From: Eubacteriales bacterium | GTDB lineage: Bacteria > Bacillota > Clostridia > Oscillospirales > CAG-272 | Reading direction: 5' to 3' | Assembly: GCA_045659405.1 (NCBI GenBank) | Contig: JAZOWX010000043.1 | Span: 1,789-65,788, forward strand | DNA length: 64,000 bases | Notes under the pieces: generated by a model | Database searches by the model: none | What the model was told of the DNA's origin: nothing | The model's input: the letters and a program-made list of their open reading frames with translations, nothing else | Translations under genes and position numbers: made by a program | Shown here: piece after piece, positions 36,893 to 47,803 of the stretch | Numbering within the stretch: the first letter of the stretch is position 1 | How the letters are laid out: every line of letters begins with the position of its first letter

Positions 36893-38056
36893 ATGAAAAA
36901 TATTAAACTGCTTAATAAAATTGCCGCTATAGGCACTGATAAGTTTGACAAAAGATATTTCAACGTAGTTGAGGATATCGACAATCCCGATGCAATAATG
37001 GTACGCTCGGCTGTAATGCACGATATGGAGTTTGGTGATAACCTGCTCGCAATAGCAAGAGCGGGTGCAGGTGTAAACAACATTCCGCTTGAGCGTTGCG
37101 CTAACGAGGGTATCGTCGTGTTCAATACTCCCGGCGCTAATGCAAACGGTGTAAAGGAGCTTGCTCTTTGTGCGCTTCTTCTTGCTTCGCGCGATATTAT
37201 CGGCGGAGTTAAGTTTGCTGAGGGACTTGCGGGTGGTGCTGACGTTGCCAAGGCTGTTGAAAAGGGCAAGAGCGCCTTTTCAGGCTGTGAGGTAATGGGA
37301 AAAACTCTCGGTGTTGTCGGTCTCGGTGCAATCGGCGGTCTTGTTGCTAACAGCGCTCGCTCGCTTGGTATGAACGTAATGGGATACGACCCCTATATCA
37401 CGGTAAGAGCAGCTTGGAACCTCTCGCACTCTGTTCATAATGCTGACGGATATGACGACGTATTCAAGAATTCCGATTACATAACTCTGCACGTTCCCGC
37501 AACCGAAACAACAAGAGGTATGATAAACAAGGACAGCATTGCAAAAATGCGTGACGGAGTAAGAATTATCAACCTTGCCCGTGCCGACCTCGTAAATATG
37601 GAGGATATGAAGGCAGCCCTTGAATCGGGAAAGGTTGCGGCATACGTAACCGACTTCCCCACAGAAGCAAGCCTTGGTGTAAAGAACATCGTTAACATTC
37701 CTCACCTTGGTGCATCTACTGAGGAGAGCGAGGACAACTGTGCTGTTATGGCTGCAAATCAGCTTATCGAGTTTATGAACAACGGTAACATCACAAACTC
37801 TGTAAACTATCCCGCAGTATCGCTTCCTTACACAGGTCTTCCGAGAATCTGCGTTATGCACAAAAACGTAGCTAATATGATTTCCCGTATAACCTCGGCT
37901 GTTTCAAAAAGAGGTATAAACATCGAGAATATGACCAACGGCTCAAAGGGTGAGTTCGCATATACGATGCTCGAAATCGTAGACCCTGCAACAGAGGAAA
38001 TCGTGAAAGAAATCGAAGCTCTTGACGGAGTTATCAGAGTTCGTGTAATTCAGTAA
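36893..38056 (+). CDS. serA: D-3-phosphoglycerate dehydrogenase (with C-terminal ACT domain)
   Basis: GVVGLGAIGG NAD loop, NLARADLV, and an ACT-like tail. Located next to serC. Confidence 0.88.
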   Translation: MKNIKLLNKIAAIGTDKFDKRYFNVVEDIDNPDAIMVRSAVMHDMEFGDNLLAIARAGAGVNNIPLERCANEGIVVFNTPGANANGVKELALCALLLASRDIIGGVKFAEGLAGGADVAKAVEKGKSAFSGCEVMGKTLGVVGLGAIGGLVANSARSLGMNVMGYDPYITVRAAWNLSHSVHNADGYDDVFKNSDYITLHVPATETTRGMINKDSIAKMRDGVRIINLARADLVNMEDMKAALESGKVAAYVTDFPTEASLGVKNIVNIPHLGASTEESEDNCAVMAANQLIEFMNNGNITNSVNYPAVSLPYTGLPRICVMHKNVANMISRITSAVSKRGINIENMTNGSKGEFAYTMLEIVDPATEEIVKEIEALDGVIRVRVIQ

Positions 38057-38094
38057 ATTCTTAAAAATGTAAATATTTGTTTGAAAAATATGAC

Positions 38095-38132
38095 AAAAAT
38101 GGCATTTGTAAATATACAAGTGCCATTTTTTC
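38095..38132 (+). terminator. Rho-independent terminator after serA
   Basis: ATGGCATTTGTA / TACAAGTGCCAT stem followed by TTTTTT. Confidence 0.8.
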
Positions 38133-38342
38133 TTTTTGTTTTTTGTAATTAAAAACAGCACAAAAGCAAATCTGAACCGAGTGAATACATAAAAGCTATC
38201 GGGATTTTTATGTACTTTCGTGCAAATTTTATGCGATTTTGTTAAAGCTTTGCCTCTGCGCTTTGTTTTTGCTTGACTAACAGTTTTTTCGTTGATATAA
38301 TTTGTGTAATAAAACAATAAAAGTTAAGATGAGGAAATCACT

Positions 38343-40214
38343 ATGAATTTCAAACCGTCTATATCGAATAAAACGTATATCCCGAGGCTTAACACAGATA
38401 AGCTCTTTGAGATGCCCACAGCAAGCTTTGATTACACGGGCGAATACGATAAGGCCGTGCGCTTTGTCGCAGAGCATCAGTCAAAAAACACAACGCTTTG
38501 GCGCACGTTTGTCGAGCAGTATAAAAATCCCGTGGATGCTGTTGACGGCGGTTGGCGAGGCGAATTCTGGGGCAAAATGATGCGCGGAGCCACTTGGATT
38601 TATAAATACTCAACCGATGATGAGCTTTATGACGTTCTTGAAGAGAGTGTCCGCGACCTGCTTACAGCGCAGGACGGTGAGGGCAGATTCTCGACTTACG
38701 TCAAAGAAAGCGAGTTCACCTATTGGGATATGTGGTGCAGAAAGTACGTGCTTCTCGGAATGCAGTACTTTTACGATATCTGCAAAAGCGAGGAGCTTAA
38801 GGCACAGATTATATCGGCTATCTGCCGCCACCTTGATTACATAATCGACCATATAGGCGAGGATGAGGGGAAGCTTGACATACTCGAAGCCACAACTCAC
38901 AATGATTGGACCTGGGGTGCGCTCAATTCAAGCTCGATACTCGAGCCGACAGTACGCCTTTACAACATAACAGGAAAGAAGAAATACCTCGACTTTGCCG
39001 CATACCTTGTAAAGCGTGGCGGCAGCAAGTGGGGCAATATATACGGGCTTGCGGTTGCAGGCGAGAAAAAGCCGTACGAGTTTCCCGTCAGAAAAGCGTA
39101 TGAGGCAATATCCTACTTTGAGGGCGTGCTTGAATACTACCGTGTAACGGGTGATGAAAACGCAAAGCGTGCATTCCTTAACTTCATCGACGGTGCAATA
39201 GAAACAGACCTTACTCTTATCGGTTGCTCGGGTACGTATCACGAGCTGTTTGACCACAGCTCTATAATGCAGACCGAATATAATGATGAGGTAAAGCAGG
39301 AGACCTGCGTTACGGTTACTCTTATGAAGGCTTGCTATCAGGCGCTTTGCTTGACGGGCGATGCAAAATATGCCGACGTAATTGAACGCTCGGGCTATAA
39401 CGCAATGCTCGGAAGTATAAACTTTAACAAAAATACATCTGTTGCGACAGATAGCTATATAGACGAAGCTGTGTGGTATGCCGAAACCAATCCGTTTGTA
39501 AAGCTTATCGGCGGTTATACCTTTGACTCTTATGCTCCGCTTTACAAGGACAAGAGAAACAGGCGTGTCGGCGGCTTCAAGAAAATGAACGAGAAGTCAT
39601 ACGGCTGCTGCGCTTGTATAGGAGCTGCGGGTGTTGCGCTGATGCCGATTTCATCTGTTATGCTTGCCGAGGACGGCATACGCATAAATCATCTTATGAA
39701 CGGCAGTGTTAAAGCAAACGGTGTCGGATTTGAAATAAAGACCGAATATCCCTACGGTGAGCGTGCGGAAATCAAAATTACCGAAGCGTGCGGTGATGAG
39801 TTTACCATCGGTATAAGAGTTCCCGCATTTGCAAACGGCAGTATGACAGTAAACGGCGCTGTTGCCAAGCCTAACGAGTTTGGTTATGCCCTCATTACAA
39901 AAAAATGGCAGGTGGGTGACGTTATAACGGTTATCATACCAAGGGACGTGCGTCTTGTAGAGCTTAACGGCAAGCTTGCGCTTACAAAGGGAGCTATAAC
40001 CTTTGCCCTCGACGAGCGAAATCAGGATATAAACGTAAAGCTTGACGGCAAAATTACCGCAGTAAAAGATTTAAAGCCCGAATTTCTTGCAAGAGAAGCT
40101 CTTGAGGTTGAGTTTGACGGTGGTGATAAGGTATACTTTACCGATTTTGCTTCAGCGGGCTCCGAGTGGGATAAGCCGAAGAACAATATCACCGTATGGA
40201 TAGACAAAAAATAA
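38343..40214 (+). CDS. DUF1680 / GH127-like glycoside hydrolase (beta-L-arabinofuranosidase family)
   Basis: 623 aa. An (alpha/alpha)6-type N-terminal region and the Cys cluster SYGCCACIGAAG are reminiscent of the GH127 Zn/Cys site. The family call is from memory only. Confidence 0.55.
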   Translation: MNFKPSISNKTYIPRLNTDKLFEMPTASFDYTGEYDKAVRFVAEHQSKNTTLWRTFVEQYKNPVDAVDGGWRGEFWGKMMRGATWIYKYSTDDELYDVLEESVRDLLTAQDGEGRFSTYVKESEFTYWDMWCRKYVLLGMQYFYDICKSEELKAQIISAICRHLDYIIDHIGEDEGKLDILEATTHNDWTWGALNSSSILEPTVRLYNITGKKKYLDFAAYLVKRGGSKWGNIYGLAVAGEKKPYEFPVRKAYEAISYFEGVLEYYRVTGDENAKRAFLNFIDGAIETDLTLIGCSGTYHELFDHSSIMQTEYNDEVKQETCVTVTLMKACYQALCLTGDAKYADVIERSGYNAMLGSINFNKNTSVATDSYIDEAVWYAETNPFVKLIGGYTFDSYAPLYKDKRNRRVGGFKKMNEKSYGCCACIGAAGVALMPISSVMLAEDGIRINHLMNGSVKANGVGFEIKTEYPYGERAEIKITEACGDEFTIGIRVPAFANGSMTVNGAVAKPNEFGYALITKKWQVGDVITVIIPRDVRLVELNGKLALTKGAITFALDERNQDINVKLDGKITAVKDLKPEFLAREALEVEFDGGDKVYFTDFASAGSEWDKPKNNITVWIDKK

Positions 40215-40370
40215 ATATTTAAAGACCTAAAAAGGGAGCTTTCAAAAAAAGCGCCCTTTTTTCGCTATTTTACCCGAAAATTCTAAAAATAATATTTGAT
40301 TTTTAACCTAGGCTGTGTTATAATATATAATTGTGAATTTAATCTAGGAAAGAATAAGAGGAAAAGCTAT

Positions 40371-42212
40371 ATGAAGCGTACGGATTTAAGAAACATAGCT
40401 ATAATAGCTCACGTTGACCACGGAAAGACAACGCTTGTTGACGAAATGCTTCGTCAGGGCGGTATATACCGTGAAAATCAGGAAATGGCAGACCGTGTTA
40501 TGGACTCGAATGACCTTGAGCGTGAGCGCGGTATAACCATACTTGCAAAACACACCGCAATCCATTATAAAGGTGTAAAAATAAACGTAATAGACACCCC
40601 CGGCCACGCAGATTTCGGAGGCGAGGTTGAGCGTATTCTCAAAATGGTAAACGGCGTTATACTTCTCGTTGACGCGGCAGAAGGCCCGATGCCACAGACA
40701 CGCTTCGTGCTTGAAAAGGCACTTGCGATGAATCACCGTGTAATAGTCGTAGTCAACAAGGTGGATAGACCCGATGCAAGACTTGATGAGATAGGCGATG
40801 AGGTGCTTGAGCTTCTTCTTGAGCTTAACGCAACCAATGAGCAGCTCGACTCTCCGATGCTCTTCTGCTCGGGCAGAGCTGGTACGGCATCGCTCGACCC
40901 GTTTACCCCCGGAAAGGACCTCACGCCACTGCTTGATACAATACTTGAATATATGCCCGCACCCGAGGGAGAGGAGGACGAGCCGCTTCAGCTTCTCGTT
41001 ACCTCGATAGACTATAACGAGTTTGTCGGCAGAATAGGTATTGGACGTATCGAGAGAGGCAGTATAAAAGAGGGACAGGGTGTTTCAATCTGCAACTACC
41101 ACGGCACAGGTAAAGCGAGACCTGCAAAAATCGTTTCAATTTATCAGTTTGACGGACTTAAAAGAGTTCAGGTTAAGGAAGCTAACGTTGGAGATATCGT
41201 ATGCTTCTCTGGCTGCGAGGATATCTCGATAGGAGATACCGTATGCGCTCCCTCAAAGATAGAGCCGCTTGAATTTGTAAAGGTTGGCGAGCCTACAATG
41301 GAGATGACCTTCTCTGTAAACGATTCGCCATTTGCAGGCAAAGAGGGTAAATTCGTTACCTCTCGTCACCTGCGTGCAAGACTCTACCGTGAGCTTCTTA
41401 AGGACGTTTCGCTTCGTGTTAACGATGGCGATACCACCGATAGCTTCAGAGTTGCGGGCAGAGGTGAAATGCATCTCTCCATTCTCATAGAAAATATGTG
41501 TCGTGAGGCATATGAGCTTTGCTGCTCCAACCCGAGAGTGCTTTATAAGGAAATCGACGGTGTAAAATGCGAGCCTATCGAGGACGTTATAATAGACGTG
41601 CCCGAAATGTACGTCGGCTCTGTTATGGAAAAGCTCGGCTCACGTAAGGGAACGCTTAACGATATGCAGCTTAACGGCTCACGTCAGAAGCTGTTCTATA
41701 CAATCCCGACAAGATGTCTTTTCGGTTACAGAAGCGAGCTTCTCACAGATACACGCGGAGAGGGAATAATATCCACAATTTTTGCAGGCTATGAGCCATA
41801 CCGCGGTGAGATAAAGACACGATTCACCTCATCTCTTGTTGCAAGTGAAAAGGGTGTTGCAACCACCTACGGACTTTATCAGTCACAGGATAGAGGACCG
41901 CTCTTTATAGGTCCGCAAACCCCGGTATATGAGGGAATGATTGTCGGTGAAAACCCGAAATCCGATGATATCGAGGTAAACGTATGTAAGGAAAAGCACC
42001 TGTCGGCAATTCGCTCATCGGGCGCTGACGAAAAGCTTACGCTTATAACCCCGATACAGATGTCGCTCGAGGAAGCGATAGAGTTCATCAACGACGACGA
42101 GCTTATTGAGGTAACCCCGAAAACGATAAGACTCCGCAAAGCAATCCTCGATACCCCGACAAGAAAGCGTCTGCAGGCACAGCGCCGCGCCGCACTCAAA
42201 GAGGGAAAATAA
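40371..42212 (+). CDS. typA: Translational GTPase TypA/BipA
   Basis: [31 protein letters not shown] and NKVDR. Start at the ATG at 40371. Confidence 0.93.
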   Translation: MKRTDLRNIAIIAHVDHGKTTLVDEMLRQGGIYRENQEMADRVMDSNDLERERGITILAKHTAIHYKGVKINVIDTPGHADFGGEVERILKMVNGVILLVDAAEGPMPQTRFVLEKALAMNHRVIVVVNKVDRPDARLDEIGDEVLELLLELNATNEQLDSPMLFCSGRAGTASLDPFTPGKDLTPLLDTILEYMPAPEGEEDEPLQLLVTSIDYNEFVGRIGIGRIERGSIKEGQGVSICNYHGTGKARPAKIVSIYQFDGLKRVQVKEANVGDIVCFSGCEDISIGDTVCAPSKIEPLEFVKVGEPTMEMTFSVNDSPFAGKEGKFVTSRHLRARLYRELLKDVSLRVNDGDTTDSFRVAGRGEMHLSILIENMCREAYELCCSNPRVLYKEIDGVKCEPIEDVIIDVPEMYVGSVMEKLGSRKGTLNDMQLNGSRQKLFYTIPTRCLFGYRSELLTDTRGEGIISTIFAGYEPYRGEIKTRFTSSLVASEKGVATTYGLYQSQDRGPLFIGPQTPVYEGMIVGENPKSDDIEVNVCKEKHLSAIRSSGADEKLTLITPIQMSLEEAIEFINDDELIEVTPKTIRLRKAILDTPTRKRLQAQRRAALKEGK

Positions 42213-42240
42213 GCAGCAACCGCTGTTAGTTATAATAATG

Positions 42241-42269
42241 AAAAAAGCCGTGAAAAATCACGGCTTTTA
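42241..42269. terminator. Bidirectional terminator
   Basis: GCCGTGA / TCACGGC stem, flanked by AAAAAA and TTTT. Confidence 0.75.
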
Positions 42270-43655
42270 TTCTTTCACAAGCGCAGCACCTCTGCCGAAA
42301 TCGAACACCAGCGGAATAAGGCACAAAACAAGCGCTCCAAGGCGCAAGATTGTATTTTCACGCAAAAGAAACAGCATAAGGGCGATCAATCCGCAGAAGA
42401 GTGTCAGAGTAAGCGTCTTTTTTAGATTGATTATCTCGGATACCCCTCGCTTTTTGCCGATAATTACGCCGACGGCAAGCATCAAAAAATAAGAGATCGG
42501 TATCACAAATGACATATAAGTGAAGTGCGGAAGCCTCGTAAACAGATAGGATAACAGTAGGGAAGCGCTGCCACCGATAACAGAGGCGAGGGAATTTAAT
42601 GCGCCGCCTTTGTGGGTAAAGGCTATTGATATAACCGCAAAAGCGAAATAGGGAATTGCCGATACGGCAATAGGGTAGGCTGCAAAAAGCGCCTCGTGAT
42701 AAGAGGCGGGGGTGAGAAAGTCCATAATTTCGGGTGCAAAACCGAGCAGTATCAGCGACAGCCATAGAATTATCCGACATCCTACGTCAAAAACACGCCC
42801 GATTGCGGAAAAATTTTTAGCCGAGAGCTTTCGCAATATCCAAGGAGACAAAGCCGAAAGCGGAGCTGAAATCACAAAAAGCAACAGAGAGCCGACGGTG
42901 TCTGCTACGGAGTATTTTGCAAGTGCTGCTTCTCCGTAAGATGAGGCAACAAAAAGCTTGTCCGCTCTTGAAATTACGGCTATTGATATATAGTGTGGAA
43001 AGTGGCAAAGTGCCGAGCGAAATAGAGACGACATCATTTTTGGGGAAATACTTTTGCCCTTTCTGAATATAATATAAATCAGTATAGCGAAAACAGAAAG
43101 ACTGACCGCAAGCTGTGCGAGTATTTTGGCATAAACCCTGACGTTAAATAAGGTTATGAACGCAATTCCGAGCAGCATAGGAAGCACACCCGTGATAATA
43201 TTTATCAAGAAAACCGAAATGTATTTATACCTGAATTTTGACGAAGCAAGGTAAAGATTAATAACCGAGCTTAAAAATATCTGTATGAACATTGCCGCTG
43301 ACAAAAAAGCTCCAAGGTCGGTCAATGTCGAGAAATAGGAATAAAATGTAAAGTATAGTGCGCAAACAATAGCTATTATGATGAATTCGAGCACACAAGC
43401 GCTACGTAAAAGCGTATCGCGGTCATTTGCTTTTTGCAGCTCACGCATATATACAGCTCCGCTGACCTCAAGTGTTGATATTATGGTGAAAATTCCAAGC
43501 CAGCTCATATATAGGCTGTATAATCCGTATGCACTCTCGCTTAAGTGATGCGTAAATATCGGTGTTAATAAAAATCCCACACCCCTGCCGATAAATACGG
43601 ATGCGGTGTACCAAATTGATGCTTTTGCAGGCAAACGCAGATTCGAAAAAATCAA
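42267..43655 (-). CDS. MOP-superfamily oligosaccharide flippase (Wzx/polysaccharide biosynthesis protein)
   Basis: 462 aa with about 14 TM helices. The N-terminus YTASVFIGRGVGFLLTPIFTHHLS is typical of the family. Confidence 0.7.
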   Translation of the reverse strand: MIFSNLRLPAKASIWYTASVFIGRGVGFLLTPIFTHHLSESAYGLYSLYMSWLGIFTIISTLEVSGAVYMRELQKANDRDTLLRSACVLEFIIIAIVCALYFTFYSYFSTLTDLGAFLSAAMFIQIFLSSVINLYLASSKFRYKYISVFLINIITGVLPMLLGIAFITLFNVRVYAKILAQLAVSLSVFAILIYIIFRKGKSISPKMMSSLFRSALCHFPHYISIAVISRADKLFVASSYGEAALAKYSVADTVGSLLLFVISAPLSALSPWILRKLSAKNFSAIGRVFDVGCRIILWLSLILLGFAPEIMDFLTPASYHEALFAAYPIAVSAIPYFAFAVISIAFTHKGGALNSLASVIGGSASLLLSYLFTRLPHFTYMSFVIPISYFLMLAVGVIIGKKRGVSEIINLKKTLTLTLFCGLIALMLFLLRENTILRLGALVLCLIPLVFDFGRGAALVKE

Positions 43656-43930
43656 ACTAACACCCCCAATCTTCGGAAAAATGCACCTGATATTGCTCGT
43701 TTTTAAAATTCCCGTAAAATTGAGCTTTTAAAACCGTCAAGAGTGGTGTAAATATAGGCGGAATTGCAATTTTTTAGGACGATTCTTGCAAAAAAATGCT
43801 TATCAAGCCACCTCTTGCTGTGAAAAGTGTAAAAATATGCAGGAAAAGATAAAAAAATGTCTATTACGCTTGATTTTTCCTTTTATATGTTGTATAATAG
43901 GCTATACATTTATTTTATGAGGTGATACAT

Positions 43931-45280
43931 ATGTTCAAATCCGAATACTTAAACGACCTTATGGCGAGAGTTGAAAAGCGCAACGCCGGTGAGGTTGAGT
44001 TCCACCAGACCGTTCGTGAGGTGCTTGAATCCATAGAGCCTGTGCTTGAGCAGAGCCCCGAGTACGTTAAGAGCGGTGTTATAGAGAGAATGGTCGAGCC
44101 CGAAAGAATTATAAAGTTCAGAGTTCCGTGGATCGACGATAACGGCAACGTGGTTGTAAACCGCGGCTTCCGTATTCAGTTCAACAGCGCAATCGGACCT
44201 TACAAGGGCGGTCTCAGATTCCACCCCAGCGTAAACGAGTCTATCATCAAGTTCCTCGGCTTTGAGCAGACCTTCAAGAACTCTCTTACAAGCCTTCCTA
44301 TGGGCGGCGGTAAGGGCGGTTCCGACTTTGACCCGCAGGGCAAGAGCGACGCTGAGGTTATGCGCTTCTGCCAGAGCTTTATGACAGAGCTTCAGAAATA
44401 TATCGGTGCTGATACAGACGTTCCTGCAGGTGATATCGGTGTTGGCGCAAGAGAAATCGGATATCTCTTCGGTCAGTACAAGAGACTTCGTGATGAGTTC
44501 ACAGGTGTGCTTACAGGTAAGGGACTTTCCTACGGCGGCTCGCTTATCCGTCCTGAAGCAACAGGCTACGGTGCGGTTTATTATACTGTTGAAATGCTTA
44601 AGCACTTTGGTGATGATATAAAGGGCAAGACCTTTGCAATTTCCGGCTTCGGAAACGTTGCTTGGGGTACTGTTCAGAAGGTTACCGAGCTTGGCGGTAA
44701 GGTAGTTACCATTTCCGGTCCTGTCGGTTACGTATATGACGAGGACGGTATAAACACTGCGAAGAAGATTGCCTTTATGCTTGAGATGCGTGCTTCCTGC
44801 CGTAACAGAGTTGAGGACTACGCAGATAAATTCGGTGTTCCGTTCTTCAAGGGCGAGAAGCCTTGGGGCGTTAAGGCTGATATCCTTATGCCTTGCGCTA
44901 CACAGAATGAGGTTCGTGAGGCTGATGCAGAGAAGATTATCGCAAACGGTGTCAAGTACTACGTTGAGGTATCTAATATGCCTACAACCAACGAGGCTAT
45001 TGCAATGCTCAAAAATGCGGGCATCATAGTTGCTCCCTCTAAGGCTGTTAACGCAGGCGGAGTTGCTACTTCGGGACTTGAACTGTCGCAGAACTCTATG
45101 CGTTACTCCTGGACTGCAGAAGAGGTAGACGAAAAGCTCAAGATGATTATGAAGAACATCTTCGATGCTTCTGTCAGCGCAGCTAACAAGTACGGACTTG
45201 GCGACGACCTTGTTGCAGGCGCAAATATAGCAGGCTTCCTTAAGGTAGCCGATGCTATGATGGCTCAGGGTTGCGTATAA
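43931..45280 (+). CDS. gdhA: NADP-specific glutamate dehydrogenase
   Basis: GPYKGGLRFHPSV, LPMGGGKGGSDFDP and FGNVAW. Start after GAGGTGA. Confidence 0.93.
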   Translation: MFKSEYLNDLMARVEKRNAGEVEFHQTVREVLESIEPVLEQSPEYVKSGVIERMVEPERIIKFRVPWIDDNGNVVVNRGFRIQFNSAIGPYKGGLRFHPSVNESIIKFLGFEQTFKNSLTSLPMGGGKGGSDFDPQGKSDAEVMRFCQSFMTELQKYIGADTDVPAGDIGVGAREIGYLFGQYKRLRDEFTGVLTGKGLSYGGSLIRPEATGYGAVYYTVEMLKHFGDDIKGKTFAISGFGNVAWGTVQKVTELGGKVVTISGPVGYVYDEDGINTAKKIAFMLEMRASCRNRVEDYADKFGVPFFKGEKPWGVKADILMPCATQNEVREADAEKIIANGVKYYVEVSNMPTTNEAIAMLKNAGIIVAPSKAVNAGGVATSGLELSQNSMRYSWTAEEVDEKLKMIMKNIFDASVSAANKYGLGDDLVAGANIAGFLKVADAMMAQGCV

Positions 45281-45294
45281 TATAAAAATAAATA

Positions 45295-45328
45295 AAAATC
45301 CCTCGGTACAATCGGGGGATTTTTATTT
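45295..45328 (+). terminator. Rho-independent terminator after gdhA
   Basis: ATCCCTCG / CGGGGGAT stem followed by TTTTATTTT. Confidence 0.75.
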
Positions 45329-45425
45329 TCACTTACACTTCGTGTACCAAAAAGCGTACAGCACGCTTGACAATCCTTGAAAAATGTAATATACTGATAT
45401 AAAATAAAAAGTTTGCGAGGTTTAT

Positions 45426-46421
45426 ATGCCAAGATCTGAAAAACAAAAACAAAAGCTTTTCAGAATACTCGAAATATTTTTAGAAAGAACAGATGAGCAG
45501 TCGGGTATAAGCGTACCCAGTCTTATAAAAATACTGGAAGACGAGTATGAAATACATGCAGAGCGCAAGAGCATATATGACGATTTTGCGGTGCTTTCGG
45601 AGCTTGGATTTACTATTGAGAATATAGGTGGAAGGCCGCCAAAGTACATTCTTACAAACAGAATTTTCGAGCTTGCCGAACTTAAAATGCTTACCGATGC
45701 CGTTGAGTCGTCGAAATTTATCACGGCAAAAAAGAGCAGAGAAATTATAAAAAAGCTTGAGATGTTTGCAGGAGAGCGCCACGCAAAGGAGCTTTCACGC
45801 GCGGTGTATGTTGATGATAGAGTAAAAACGCAAAATGCCTCGTCAATATACAGCATAGACACCGTGCATACGGCTATAAACGAAAACCTGATGATAAGAT
45901 TCAAATATTTTGACTATAATTCAAAGGGTGAAAAGAGCTTTCGCCACGACGGTGCGGAATATACCGTCAGCCCGATAGCGCTTGTTTGGAATGACGAAAA
46001 TTACTACCTCGTATGCTTTGACGAGGGGGCGGGCGAGAAAAAGCATTTCCGTGTTGATAAAATGAGCGGAGTTGCACTCACCGACAAAAAGCGCTCGCAT
46101 TCGGCAGCTTCGGTACGTTTTAATCCTGCTGAATATTCCAAAAAGGTTTTCGGTATGTATGGCGGCGAAGAGGAGCTTGTAACGCTTGAATGTAAAGAAA
46201 AGTTAGCAGGAGTAGTGATTGACCGCTTTGGCAGCGAGGTAAGACTTTCGGAATGCAAAGGAGGATTTCGTGTCAGCGTGCGTGTAATGTTAAGCCCGAA
46301 TTTCTTCGGTTGGGTGTTAAGCTTTGGTAAGGATATGAAGATTGTAGCTCCCGATTCTGTCGCAGCTAGTATGTGTGACATGTTGCGGGAAATAGCGAAA
46401 AATTATGAAAAGGTGGAGTAA
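45426..46421 (+). CDS. HTH-WYL-domain transcriptional regulator
   Basis: N-terminal wHTH (KLFRILEIFLERTDEQSGISVPSLI). WYL region ALVWNDENYYLVCFDEGAGEKKHFRVDKM. Confidence 0.8.
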   Translation: MPRSEKQKQKLFRILEIFLERTDEQSGISVPSLIKILEDEYEIHAERKSIYDDFAVLSELGFTIENIGGRPPKYILTNRIFELAELKMLTDAVESSKFITAKKSREIIKKLEMFAGERHAKELSRAVYVDDRVKTQNASSIYSIDTVHTAINENLMIRFKYFDYNSKGEKSFRHDGAEYTVSPIALVWNDENYYLVCFDEGAGEKKHFRVDKMSGVALTDKKRSHSAASVRFNPAEYSKKVFGMYGGEEELVTLECKEKLAGVVIDRFGSEVRLSECKGGFRVSVRVMLSPNFFGWVLSFGKDMKIVAPDSVAASMCDMLREIAKNYEKVE

Positions 46422-46424
46422 AAT

Positions 46425-47081
46425 ATGAAAAATTACGATATAGTGGCATTTGATCTTGACGGCACACTTTCAGACCCGTCGGCAGGTCTTGTTGAGGCAT
46501 ATATTTATGGATTTGAGCGTATGGGACTGAAAAATTACGGTGACAAGGAGTCGCTTCGTAGATATATAGGACCGCCTGTATATGATGAATGGAAAAGAGA
46601 TTTTAATCTTACCGACGACGAGGCGAAAAGACTTCTTGCATATTTCAGAGAGTACTATGAAATTTACGGCTGGTGGGATAATAAGCTGTATGACGGAATA
46701 GTGGAGGTGCTGTGTGAGCTTCGTGCCGCAGGTAAAAAGCTGATTCTTGCTACTTCAAAGCCGGAGCGTACAGCGAAAAGAGTTGTTAATTTCTTCGACG
46801 TTGCAAAGTATTTTGATTTTATCGGTGCGTCGGTTGACCACGTGCGGGATAAAAAATGGCAGGTGCTTGACTATGCCCTGAATTCTGTCGGTTGCACGGA
46901 TAGAAGCCGTGCGGTTATGGTGGGTGACAGAAAATATGACAAAGAGGGCGCTGCCATTTGCGGTGTGGATTCTCTCGGAGTGCTCTATGGGCACGGCTCA
47001 CGTGATGAAATAGCCGCCGCCGGATTTGATTATATTGCCGAGGGTGTCAGCGATATTACAAAAATTCTTCTCGGTAAATAA
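46425..47081 (+). CDS. HAD-superfamily phosphatase (phosphoglycolate-phosphatase-like)
   Basis: DLDGTL motif I, ATSK motif II, and GDRKYD motif IV. Confidence 0.85.
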   Translation: MKNYDIVAFDLDGTLSDPSAGLVEAYIYGFERMGLKNYGDKESLRRYIGPPVYDEWKRDFNLTDDEAKRLLAYFREYYEIYGWWDNKLYDGIVEVLCELRAAGKKLILATSKPERTAKRVVNFFDVAKYFDFIGASVDHVRDKKWQVLDYALNSVGCTDRSRAVMVGDRKYDKEGAAICGVDSLGVLYGHGSRDEIAAAGFDYIAEGVSDITKILLGK

Positions 47082-47136
47082 TAGCGTCCTCAAGAGCTTA
47101 TATGCTGAAAATGTTGGATGCTTGGTGTAGATTGAA

Positions 47137-47469
47137 ATGGACTTTTTAATTGAGATTGCAATAGAAATCGTTGGCGGCATAATAGAGGTGTTTTTTGGTG
47201 AAGTTCCGCTGAAAAAGCTCCCGCGTCCGCTTCGCTTTAGCATACTTTTCGTATTCTGGTTTGGACTCTCTGCATTGTTCTTCTGGCTAACGTCACTTGC
47301 CTTTGCCAAAGCAAGAGTGCTCTCTGTGATTTTCTTTGTAGCGGCGGTAGCGTTTATTTTCCTTGGTGTGCATTATATTTCAAAGTCGATGAGGGAAAAA
47401 TATAAAAAGGAAGAGCAGGAAAGTGCGGAAAAAGAAAAAAACGGGCTATCCGAAACTGCTTCGGAGTAA
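47137..47469 (+). CDS. Small membrane protein (three predicted TM helices, charged C-tail)
   Basis: Hydrophobic segments followed by KSMREKYKKEEQESAEKEKN. No recognised family. Confidence 0.5.
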   Translation: MDFLIEIAIEIVGGIIEVFFGEVPLKKLPRPLRFSILFVFWFGLSALFFWLTSLAFAKARVLSVIFFVAAVAFIFLGVHYISKSMREKYKKEEQESAEKEKNGLSETASE

Positions 47470-47510
47470 CTCGTAATATACCTCGATAAGAATAAATTCA
47501 AAATGTAATA

Positions 47511-47553
47511 AAAAAGATAGAACAGGATAGCTCACTATCCTGTTCTATCTTTA
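47511..47553. terminator. Bidirectional terminator (16-bp perfect stem)
   Basis: AGATAGAACAGGATAG / CTATCCTGTTCTATCT. Confidence 0.8.
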
Positions 47554-47561
47554 TGGCTCAA

Positions 47562-47756
47562 TTATTTTGCAGCGCTGTCTTTTGCAACAACCTGCTCACC
47601 CTTGTAGTAACCGCAAGCCTTGCAAACACGGTATGCAAGAATCGGCTCGCCGCACTGGGGGCATTTTACTATGTTTGTAGGCTCTTCAAGCTTCCAAACA
47701 GTTGAGCGTCTTTTCATTTTTCTGGAATGAGAAACTTTTCTCTTCGGTACTGCCAT
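47562..47756 (-). CDS. rpmF: 50S ribosomal protein L32
   Basis: MAVPKRKVSHSRKMKRR and a CxxC...CxxC zinc ribbon. Confidence 0.95.
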   Translation of the reverse strand: MAVPKRKVSHSRKMKRRSTVWKLEEPTNIVKCPQCGEPILAYRVCKACGYYKGEQVVAKDSAAK

Positions 47757-47803
47757 TGTTGATTACCTCCACTTTACGGGACTTGCCCGCTCTATCTCTT
47801 TTT

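Noticed and set aside
45426-46421. WYL protein as a marker of a CRISPR or defence island
   Set aside because: No cas, nuclease, methylase or other defence gene is adjacent. The neighbours are gdhA and a HAD phosphatase. I kept it only as a low-interest regulatory observation.
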